Source: Acanthaster planci (Eukaryota). From it: a DNA stretch of 64,000 nucleotides. This document shows, in pieces, positions 15,201-25,900 of this stretch (position 1 is the first letter of the stretch; each line of letters opens with the position of its first letter). The position numbers and the translations under genes are program-made. The notes under the pieces are model-generated. The model worked only from the letters and a program-made list of their open reading frames with translations. It searched no databases and had not been told where the DNA came from. The stretch lies in the NCBI RefSeq assembly GCF_001949145.1, contig NW_019091358.1, forward strand, positions 3,280,535 through 3,344,534, read 5' to 3'.

Positions 15201-18200
15201 CAGGAATGGCTACTGCACAATGGCAGATATCATTTCTAAAAATTCACATCTGTTCAATAAGGTACGAAACAAACCATATAGGTAAAACTGAATAGAAGCT
15301 AATATACTGTCAAGATGAACAAAGGCATTGACAGGAGTAGCATGTGAACCTGGGACCTCCAGAACACCACACTGACATCCTACCAACTGAGCTACCAAAA
15401 CCATGGTCCTTCCCATGGGTCAATGTCTTTGTTAAGGGGGCACAAATAAGAAGCCATAAAACCCCAAAACCATACAGCTATAGACCCCACCTCAAATACA
15501 CGATATAATGTGGGAAGTCAATTTCTTTGTTCATCTTTACTACACATTATGAGCACAAATCAGCAGTTTATGGCTCAAGGCACTCTGCTTGTGTTTCTGG
15601 AAGTGCAGACAGCCACCATGAAGACCACGTGTTTTAGAATCAAAAGCTTTCTGCATGTTTTAAAACAAAGTGCACGAGAGAAATCATCTATGTATATGAA
15701 AGTGAGTCATCCTGGCCTGTAAGTATCATTCAACTATTTCACTGACTGATGTATTTATAACTTGGTTATCTTTTTTAATGTGATTGATAGAAAACCATTC
15801 TGTGAAAATACAGGCTATCTGTCAGAAAGGCGCGCAGAGAATGGCTAAAACTGTTAATGGGTAATTCCAGAAATTACGGATCCAAAAGTGTGACATTTTC
15901 GTGTCCCTGTTACATCTGACCTTTGTTATTTGACACGAAAATATTACGGGAATTGATTTCAAACTGTTACTATTTGTTTGGCAGTTAATTTGCATTAATT
16001 CATAACTCTTAGAAATTATAAAATGTGTTCTGAACTTACAAAATCACGTCAGATGTGACAGGGACACACCCCTAATTTCTGGAATTATCCTAATCCAAAT
16101 TTGAAGTTTTAAACTTTTTAACTGAAACTTTCTTTCTGAAAAATATCCTCAAGAAGGCTGCTTCTTTATTATTTGAAAATTAACAAACAAAAACTACTTC
16201 TAGATAAATCAAACCCATGATCAAACAAAAGGTGCTTACACAATCTAAGAAATGATTGAAAACAGGAGGTGCTATGTTTATCAATTTTGATGATATGCTT
16301 TCAATCTCGAACTCCTTTTTTTATCAACTAATGGCTGAAGATCAAGAATGTGCCATGCAGGTTTACCACTGAGTGGTGCATTTCCCACATTGTAGTACAC
16401 TTCCTAACACCAAAATACCAAGAGAGCCGAGGTCAAGACTACAAACAACACTGAACAGTTTCACAGCTGTGGGGAAAACTTACGTCAATCTCCACACATC
16501 CGCAGGGTGTTGTGATGACTTTGAGCGGAGTGACGACCAGGGACACCTCGTCATTCTCCATGACCGCAAACTGCACGTCCACGGGCTGCGAGAAGTTGAC
16601 AAAGGTGATGAAAACCCTCTCCTGGCTGTTGGCACACAAGATCTTGGGCGCCATGGCCAGATACCCCGCACCAAAGGCACTGATGAGACAAAAAAATGGG
16701 GGGGGGATTTAAACGATGGGTTAGGGTGTGCGTGTGATGTTACCACGCATGTCATTAAAGTGCTTATTTTCTCCGGTTACTATGTATGCAAAGCATACAT
16801 GTATATGGTATCAACAGCTCAGAACTAACACTTAATATGCATGTGAAAAAGACCAGGTAAAAATGTTATTTAGCAATAAAAAGCACGACCAAGCCTACTG
16901 GAATCTATATCACTGGAGGATATAGAGATATTAAACAAATGATAGAATGAAATTCTTAGGATTATATAGGCCCCTAGATGACCACTTAAATTGGAATACA
17001 CATGTCAGTCATATTTCTACAGTTATTTCAAGAACCTGGATTATCTCAAAGTTAAAATTGATCTCTTTCATCAATGTTATACAATACCTTATATAACCGT
17101 ATATTACCTGAACATATGGGATTCTTACATGGCGTAATAGTAGTAGTGGTCATCTTAATCAAATCTTCAAATTACAGAAAAAAAGTTCCAATTATCATGA
17201 ATTCTCTCTTTTACAGTTCTAAGGTTTCAAAAGTTCATGATATTTGTTACCTTCACCTGGGCTAGTGCGCTGGCTCAATACGAAATTGGCTTAAATCAAT
17301 TTTTTCATTGTTCACAACAAATTATTTTACACTAAACGTCATGAATTTCACAGGTATCATGCACGGACTGCATTTCTCTAAAGCTACAGTGAAACATGAG
17401 GGGCCAAAGCTGTGGAGCTCAATTGGTAATTTATTGAAAAAAAATTGCCAGTTCCTCTATGTTGAAGCATGAAATCTAAATTATCAAATAACTATTTTAT
17501 CTAATAATTAAGTTATCACAGGGTTACAGCCTATATGTTACTGAGTGAGGGACCATGAAGGGCCAACGCTGTGGAGCTCAATTGGTAACTTATTGAAAAA
17601 AAATTGCCAGGTCCTCTATGTTGAAGCATAAAATCTAAATTATCAAATAAGTTTTTTATCTAATAATTAAGTTATCACAGCTAGGGTTACAGCTTATATG
17701 TTACTGAGTGTAGATCCTTTTATTTTTGTGTACTTTATTTTTTCTAGTTAATTTCTAACAATGTTTGTTATTGTCATGAATGTCTATGGGGCCTCCACTC
17801 AACAAGCAATGCTTCTTGGCAGTCTCCATCCATCAACTAAATGTATACCATTGTTGTCTCTTTATATTGTATGGAAATAAAGTGAAGTAAGTAAATTTGC
17901 ACAAATGAATGAGTTTGTACATGACAGGACAACTCACCGTCTGAAGGCCACTTCATTTCATTCTTTCATGTTGAAATGTGTTTAACTTATGCAAATTTGA
18001 AGCATGAACATTTGATCTGGTGCCATAATTTTGTATTCATGTTCCCTTTTGCACCAAGTATGCCTTTAGGTTAGTCAGCTATACGCATGTAACACAGGAC
18101 ACACCAAATTCCTACCCAAAAGGCGAGTATAATTCATATCACATGAGACCAACCTTTTAGCCCATAGGAAAGGATGCTAATGTTAGTTTGGATCATAATT

Positions 18201-19734
18201 TTCAAGAACCATAAAGCCAACAGCTCCATACCCGACTGTGTCCCTTGCTTTCAAAATTAAATTTTAAAACTTTTATTTATTTATTATTTTTTTTAATTTA
18301 ATGTTGCTTGCGAAAGACATGTTGTTAGGTCACAACAAATCAAAGTAAACTCTACCTACCACACTTGTTAGATTGGTAAGCAACACAGGCCTAACATTCA
18401 TCTTGGAAAGTTTCAACTCTGGTTCTGAAGCAAGCTAAAACAAGTCTTAAAAGTGCCTAAAGTTCGCTACTAGGTAAAGGCAACGAGTTTTACGGTCAAG
18501 ATTTTTCATTTCTACACTGATGATGTGGGTGTGACTTTTAGTATTGCACGAGTTTTATATCAAGTACGTACCAAATTCCGCCTTTCAACCAACAGAGGGC
18601 GTTACTCAACATTTGTGGGCGGGAATGACACTTCACGACCGCGCACCATTGGATCTCCTCCGTACCCGTCCACGTCCCCAGGCCTCAGCCGGAGGATCCT
18701 ACTTGTAAGCTCATGTTTCTGCTGCAGGAATGTTCGGTTGTCTAATGTGACTCATTACGGCAGATTTTGGAGTATTTTCTTTCAGTTTAAACATAAAGAG
18801 ATCTAAACTGACGGTCCAACCAGGACGAAAACGAATGTAGGCAAAAATGACACACTACCGCTTCCGTTGTGGGATGAAATAACGCCCTTGATTCTTTTGA
18901 TCGGGCAGTGATACCTTGTAGTACCATGTCAGTAATTTTTAATCTAGCAGTTGAATCTGTGTGTGCTTTTACAATGGAGGGTACTAAAAAATTTAAAGCT
19001 GATGAGGCTGTCAGAACAAGTTGACCGTCCTTTTACATTTTATGAATTAACTTCAAAGACTTCTTGTTGGAACCTTAATGGTCAAGCCACTTAAAAAGTC
19101 ACTTTTTAATTTCGATGTAACATTAAAATAAAGTATTTCAAACAAGCCATATTTCAGTGTAAATGCTGTGTAAAAGTTCCAAAATATAACAATTTGTATA
19201 GACATTTTCAGTGACCATCGCCATCACTGGTTTTGCAGTGACCCCCTTTCATAGCGATACACAGAGAAAGCTATATTATAATATGGAGCCACTGTTTCGT
19301 TACAGCACCCAACGCAATTGTTTTAACGCCATTAAAGGGGGCCATTAGCAGTGTCCAGTGAAACTTTAGTGGATTCGTCTATAGGTAGGCCAACACCGCT
19401 AGTGGAAAAGATCATAATTTAGCAAAATAAAATAGTAAATTTTATATAGTGTCAAAAAATACTCCAAGAATACCAAATTCTGCAGATAAAAGTACATAAT
19501 TTTTCCCCACCGATTTCGAATTTCCTTCAGTTTTTCCTGCGCCACTTTCTCGTCGACTAGGTGGTCTTCCTCTTTCTGGACTTCGGGAGGCTCCTTGTTT
19601 GGAACAAACGGTTCTGCCACAAACTCTTGCTGTCCCGCGCACAGACGAGGCACATACACGCCAAGAATCGCCACAAATGCCGCCAGAAAGACACAGAAAC
19701 GCCCCGGCACCACGGCCCGGCCGTCCGGTCTCAT
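275..19734 (-). CDS. Alpha-2-macroglobulin-family thioester protein (A2M-like), 5' ~1140 codons; gene continues beyond the window start
   Basis: Phase-consistent exons: 19734-19511, 18943-18915, 18741-18606, 16679-16484, 15158-14984, 14828-14776, 14025-13839, 13159-13075, 12639-12549, 12382-12253, 11689-11580, 10803-10630, 9988-9794, 9482-9356, 8901-8696, 7259-7110, 6141-5986, 5691-5622, 4611-4428, 3832-3604, 3103-2962, 2388-2282, 1743-1692, 1461-1366, 394-275. Family motifs: [100 protein letters not shown]. Linking the first three exons is inferred from splice phase only. Confidence 0.93.
324..338 (-). other. Intact thioester motif GCGEQ of the A2M-like protein
   Basis: Minus strand GGT TGT GGT GAA CAG within exon 394-275 ([40 protein letters not shown]). 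Confidence 0.96.
835..1022. mobile_element. hAT-like MITE
   Basis: Imperfect terminal inverted repeats CAGTGCTGCAGTTGAGACC / GGTCTCGACTACAACAATG. Flanking 8-mers TCGAAAGC (827-834) and TTCAAAGC (1023-1030) resemble a decayed 8-bp target-site duplication. Confidence 0.65.
5270..5513 (+). mobile_element. tRNA-derived (Thr-AGT-like) interspersed repeat, copy 1
   Basis: Shares CGGTACCCGCTGCT...GACCCCGGCAAGCTCGGTGGTC...TCTGCACTAGTAAGCAGGAGGT.GTGGGTTCGAGT with copies at ~49146-49441 and ~50380-50525. Confidence 0.8.
7817..7963 (+). mobile_element. Short MITE-like repeat, degraded copy of the family at 45910-46054
   Basis: Colinear similarity (GCAACTTGGACTTTGA.AAAAA...GGAAAAGT) with 45910-46054. 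Confidence 0.65.
11335..11564. mobile_element. Tc1/mariner-pogo (Tigger-like) MITE with TA target duplication
   Basis: TA|CAGTGGAACACCGCTATA ... TATAGTGGCGTTCCACTG|TA, with internal repeats of CGCTATACCGAAC / GCTGTACCGAAC. Confidence 0.85.
15331..15405 (-). mobile_element. tRNA-derived SINE head fragment
   Basis: Minus strand has A-box-like TAGCTCAGTTGG and B-box-like GGTTCACAT with tRNA spacing; the stems are degraded. Confidence 0.55.
15858..16091. mobile_element. MITE, TIR GGGTAATTCCAGAAATTA, copy 1
   Basis: Ends are inverted repeats (TGGGTAATTCCAGAAATTA / TAATTTCTGGAATTATCC). The whole element recurs in opposite orientation at 52663-52910. Confidence 0.85.
16945..17895 (+). mobile_element. 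Degraded 3' end of a CR1/L2-group LINE (reverse transcriptase C-terminus)
   Basis: Frameshifted remnants reading [15 protein letters not shown] and LYNTL...YGILTW, ending in AAATAAA plus a short repeat tail near 17875-17895. Confidence 0.6.
17395..17710. repeat. Tandem duplication, 2 x ~159 bp
   Basis: CATGA.GGGCCAA.GCTGTGGAGCTCAATTGGTAA...GTTACTGAGTG occurs at ~17395-17547 and ~17554-17710 with few differences. Confidence 0.92.
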
Positions 19735-22435
19735 TGTAACTTCTTTTAGAAGCGTGGTCCAATAAATTCTCTGTACAAATCTTCCCAAATAGACTCTGTT
19801 TTTGTCGTCCTACGAGGTTCTACGATGTTGGAAATAGAGTAATTCCCTGTGTTGTTTTTCTGCCGGCCAGAGGAATTATGCGTTAGCATAGCTTTTGAAG
19901 GCTTTGTAAAAAGTATTGATCGGTCTATTATTACCTTGAATACATTGTTCATTTAACAATAGCCTGCTTTAATTCGATCAATTATTGCCAATTTCACATT
20001 TTTCAACACATTACCATTAAGTAAACATGATGGGGTCATATCAAATATCGAAAATCGTGCCGAGAGGATTAAAGTGTAGTCGGATTTTGAGAAGGACGTT
20101 ACCAGGATTAACGGCCCAAACCAGACGAGTGGGCCGCAAACAGGCGTCTCTTTTTCCAATCATATACCTAAAAAAAAGTCTGTCCCACGGTACAATGACG
20201 TATCCATTGTTCTGCTTCAACAGGTGTTCACGAACCTGTAAACACCAAAACAAACCCAATTGTAGATATCGATCAATCTGACCATAGAGAAAGGACATAG
20301 ATGATTTGACATTGCTTATTCTATTGTTGTGAGGGTACTGCCGCTAATTCGTGTAGGCCTATAGTAACGCGCGCAAAATACAGGACATTGAGGGCGTGTA
20401 CCTGGACGGCCAGAAGGTTGGCACGTTCACATTTCTGGGCTTCTTGATTGATTGAGAGTTAGCGAGTACGTGACAAGGAAGGCAGCCCGATGGCAACTGC
20501 ATTTCACAATTTAACGTGTGAACGAAGAGACCTCGTACTATCGGGCCTATGAACGACTAAGTCACGTTCTGGCCAACATGCGCCTTTTCACAGTTTTGCT
20601 TGTAAAACAAAAAACTTTTCAATAAAACGAAACAAAACAGTTAAACCTTTCCTGGTGTTAGACTCTAGACATCGAAAGAATACTCTTTTCAGAAAAAGAT
20701 CTAGTTTACTAACATTCTTTCGTTTATCCTGACAGGATCTCCCTCGAGGCATTCGATCCACAGAAAATGTGATAGTGGGTTCTTCACTTCCTACGAACAC
20801 TTCTACACAACACAAAACATACGCACGCACGTTTGTACGGCGTTTTAATGCTGCCACGACTAAATGTTTTGAAATGACGTTTTTAAGACAAAAAATGTAC
20901 ATTTTTTCTGCATCATAATTTTAAACAAAACGGGATTTCATCAAAGACAAACCTGACAAGATATGCTAACAAAAAAGTATTCGTGAGTCAAGACCTCACG
21001 ATTTTTTTAATACGCACCAAAGGCAGTTGCAAAACAAGTAAGAACAGCGCATTTAACATTCATAGACCCGTATGTGGCTTAGTACCCTTAAAAAAAACCC
21101 CACATCTTGGGTATACCGTATACTATCTGTGCAACTTTTCCTTTTGTTTATAGATTGAACTAAGTTGAACTTCGGACCCTCCTCGGACAAGAATAAATAA
21201 CGCACGGCTGCATAAGTCACACACACAAAAAAGAGAGATCACAGTTTTTAAGGCTACAGTTCCTGCACAGAGTTTGTGGTTGTCGAGGCCTTGACGCATT
21301 CAGAAAGAAAAACTGTTTCCAGGGGTATAATAGAGAATGTTATCAAAGCACCAAGCATCAATTGAAACGTGCATCTCCTGGTAATAAGGTTGGTGGGCTC
21401 GTGGTAACAAGGTTGCTGGGGTGAGCCAAGCAACTTTTATATATTCAGAAATGTATTGTAAGAAGGCTAGAAAAACGAGCAAAAATACGAGAAATCAAAA
21501 CGGGTGGGACGATACAATTTACCCTGTTTAACAACATATTATTACAGGATTGCTCTTTGCATGGGCATCGCAGGGGGCCAGAAAAAAAATGAAAGGTAAA
21601 AATGACAAAAAAAGGAAAAGAGAAAATGTCAATTTACTTGAAAACAACTTTGAATTGACCTTTTTCCAATTATTAATGGTATACTACCCCCCTCCCCCCA
21701 AAAAAACATGATAACACCTATGGTTCTACTGACATGAGTCACCTACACATAATGTAATCTTCATCTGACCTGGAGGCATACAATATTGACTGCAACGTTG
21801 TTATTCTTTGTGAAATTTACATTTCTTCAAACTGACATTATGCATTTACTCCGAGTAACACCCTCTGATTAAGTAAATTCATTAAAAAAAATACTTCCAG
21901 GTAACCCAATGGTCTTTTAATAAATAATAAAGAAAAAGAAGAAGAGATGTAGGTTCTAGAGAGACCCGTTATCCATACTGCAGGTAAAACGACTGTCAGT
22001 GTGAAGAGACAGTGCTCTGCGGAACTCATGGGAGCTCAGAACATGCCACTGGTGAGCACTGCCTTGTGAGACCGAATGGCGTAAAGTGCATACCAGAAAA
22101 GAATGGCATATTGGGGGTCAATCATTAAAGAAAATGAATTCCTTATTGATTGATTCCATAAATTCATTTGAAGTTGGAATATGTCACTGTTCAGTCGCTA
22201 TCTGATAGACACTACATTCAATAAGGTGCTTTTCGTGCAGAAAATACTTTTTTCAGTAAGCATATCAAATTTTCTCCTGAACCACAGTATATATGCATTG
22301 TATTTAATCCATTTCATGCACCACTTTGAAAATTATAACAACAAAAATAAAACAACTTAAGTTGAGTCAGAGGTGATTCCTGTCCATAAGAGGCTTAGTG
22401 TTTAGCTTCTCTTGCTTTGAAAAATGCAGATCATT

Positions 22436-22788
22436 AATTCATCGTGTGCCTGGAAGGACATAAATGCTTACGCCCTTTAGCCGGGAAGCATGATCACTGC
22501 CAAAAAAAAAATTGTTTCCCGGTAAAACGACGTAAGCATGCAACTGTTTTATTTTAACAAAACACAAAGATTTCTTTGCAACAAGTTAAAAACTCATTCA
22601 ACAATTTGTTCAAAGGTTGTTGTTTGTACAACCTGTGTTGATTTTGTAGTAAATTTTATCCGTTTTTATTAAATGGAGTGTGTTTCTTACGCCACTTTTG
22701 TAGTGAACACTTTTTCTGCTGTGATCATGCTTCCCAGCAAAAGCGTGCAAGTGCGCTTATGACCATTTGCCGGGCACATGACGAATTA
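22436..22788. mobile_element. MITE-like element with ~70-bp imperfect inverted termini, in the probable TRIP4 3' UTR
   Basis: AATTCATCGTGTGCCTGG...GGGAAGCATGATCAC at the left is complementary to GTGATCATGCTTCCC...CCGGGCACATGACGAATT at the right. Confidence 0.7.
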
Positions 22789-22956
22789 TTTTCCCTGAAT
22801 TAGTTTGACTGAGGCATGACCTGATAACCCCCACCAAGGTAATGGTACCGCCAATATGTGCCATATTTCATGTGGCAAGATACTCCAAGCACCCGTACTA
22901 TTGCACATCAAAGGGGTGGAAATGTGTTAGGAAGGGGGGAGGGGCAGTGGTTGATG

Positions 22957-25900
22957 TCAGTGCCCTGTGGGTTTGCGGAGTCCCTTCTTTGCCGCCTTGA
23001 GTATTTGCCCGTCCAGTTTCCCTGACCATTGGAAAACAAACAAAACATTATTTTGCAGGGGTATCAACAAATTACCGTATCATTTGATCAAAAGTTAACC
23101 ACTTCCTGCCGGGGATTCTGGTTTTGGACACGTACGCTTTATATGCAGGGCTGGGGTCTCTGAAATCGGACAAAGGGAACAGGGCCTTGTAACAAAAGAC
23201 CGTACTCAGAACAAAAGACCAGGCTGCTGGGCATTACCAACATTTTTCACTCTCAAAATTGGAGATAATCCAGCCTTGTTTTGAAACAGTATACCACGGT
23301 TTGGGGCATTTAGAGTGAGCAGATTACCATCGGGACAAAACAGTATCACCACCGCAGCAATTAGCCACACAGCACTGCTGCGTGCTAATCTGGCCCCTAC
23401 AGAAAAGAGGTCAGCAGCACACTTTGCCAGGTTCGTGAACAAAAGAAAGCTATATAACACCGCACAATTTGGACTCTTTTTACAAGGCTGCAGGCCTGGC
23501 TGAAATACTTGGGCATCAATAGATTTTGTCTGTCAGGCTAGAGTGGAGATCAGCAGTCCTTCCGGTGGGTGTAAGTGTCCAGTAGATGAAGATAGGAATT
23601 TTTAAAGAATTTTGAAAACAGAAAAAAATGATAATTATCCCGTACCAGCATCATCAACATTGATAACTGCCCCCGGCAGCAAGTGGTTAAAGCAATTTTC
23701 AGAATGTGTGAAACCCCTCATTTTTTGTTCTCAGCACTTATTATCCAATTCTTAAAAGTAACCTCAGGTTAATATTAAACCGAACTGACGACGAAAAACA
23801 CAACTTTATTTTGGATCAGTCGCCCTCACGCTGCAATATTGTGAAGTAATACACAAGTATTAAATAAGTACTTCTGCTATAGTCATCACAAACACAACCA
23901 CAGGTGCATTCAACTTTCATAACTAACGGCTGGTGAACAATACATATCAATTTCTTACATGGAGTTCATTTCTCTTATAGTGGCTCCCATGGAGACAGGA
24001 ATGCTTGAGGCTACCTGTCAAGTGAGTGCTTTGGATGTCCTGGCAAAGCAGTCGACAACAACTGTGTTACAGTCTGAACAAATTTATTGGCACCACTTAA
24101 CATTCCAATTATGGCAAGGCCATGTGGTGTGCAGTGGCAAGTCTGAACCACTGGGGGGGGGGGCCAGACTGCAGCGATATTGACAGAACATTCCGACAAC
24201 TGTGATATACTGCAATGCCAGAGGTGAGCGGGCTTATTATTGTGGCTGCGTGAATGAAACTCATTCAAACATATTAGAATGATCTAGATACTCACATATC
24301 TTATGCTTTCCTTTGATCGGGAACCTGACCACAAGTTCTTGGGGGTTCTCGCAGATAAATACATAGGGTGATGGGCTGTCGCCATGGGGATACTGAAAAA
24401 CGGCATAGATAGGAACAGATTTAGTGTCCACGAGAATCTCATCAACTGTGAACAAAAGTCCATCTCGAGCAAATAAGACCTACTGCTTATTTGCAGGTTT
24501 CCTTGCCAAGACACAAGAGGAAAAGGTTTTTATTCTCCAGGATGCAAGTACCCATTTATACCCGCTGTGACTCTGTTCACTGGCAAAGTTTCACGTTCCA
24601 CTCTTAACAGTCAGTTGTGCCTGGTCTATGGAGAAGGTCAACACTGCCCAACCCTCCAAAAGTCTTGGCGTAATGACAGATGTACTGCAGTAATATTCAA
24701 GAAAAATAAACCCTCCCTCCCCATAAATTCGGGCGATTCACAACAGCGCACCTCCAAGCCTTTGTAACACGTTGGCCAATCACAACGTGCGTAATCTGTC
24801 GACCCTTTCCAAGGCATTGGGTTGACAGATTTCGTGCACTGTGATTGGCCAACGGGTTGCAAAGTCTTGGAGGTGCACTATTGTGAATCGCCTGTATTAT
24901 GTTACCCTGTGGCATTTGGAGTTGCTCACATAAAACCCCATCTCGCCAGGAGACCTTTAGCACTAATACCTCATAACTGCCATTAACGAACGGGACAACC
25001 ACACCAAGAGTTCTCACCTGTTCTTGATACTGTTCCTGTGACAGGCAGTCCACCATATCCACGCAGCCCAGCAAGCAGGCGGTGGGATATTCCTTGGGGA
25101 ATGTTACATCCTCATCATCTGTGTAGCAAAACAATACAAGACACAGGGTATGATATTCATTCAATGGTAGGGTGAGCTGCAGTTGAAGAGGCTGGGCATC
25201 AGTTTTCAACAAAGTGTTACTTCATGAAAAACAAACTTTTGAGAACTATCATCCAAAGCAAAGGTAAGGAAAACAAGAAATCCCCTGGGGTGTATGTAAA
25301 AATCACATTATTGAAATTGGAGGATTGAGGACTGTTAGGGTCAACTGTTGAAAGATACATTTGTATCTCCAACTGACAACAGGCGTTAAATGAACTGCTA
25401 AGCCTAACTCCTTTTTATTATTTAAATTTCTCAATGAATTCTTGACCAATAAAGATGTCGTTTTCAAGGAGTGGCAATGTCCTCACATTTATTTGAACAT
25501 AATGATTTCAAAGAGTGTGGAATATGCAAAAACAGCAAAACTGAAATGGAAAAACCAGAGGATAGTTTATCAATTTGTTTCCTCGGTAAGCAAGGTATAG
25601 CGCTACCAACCTTGATGAAATGACCGATGAGTGTTCTCAACTTCTGCTATTTCTTCAGGAGTTGCTTTGTGGGAGGCTGCAGCAATCCATAGCCTGCCTC
25701 TGTGGGATGAGTACCACGTCCTGCCTTCATGTCTAAATGGGAAACAAGTTAAAAAAGGACAAAGATTCATATCCACTCTAACCAGCCAGTCACAAAGTTT
25801 CACGTGCGTTGAGAGAACTACACAGTTTCATTTTGGGAGTACCCCTATCACAATCTCCAGAGACACAAACCCTAGCAGACAACAAGGAATTCAGTCATCA

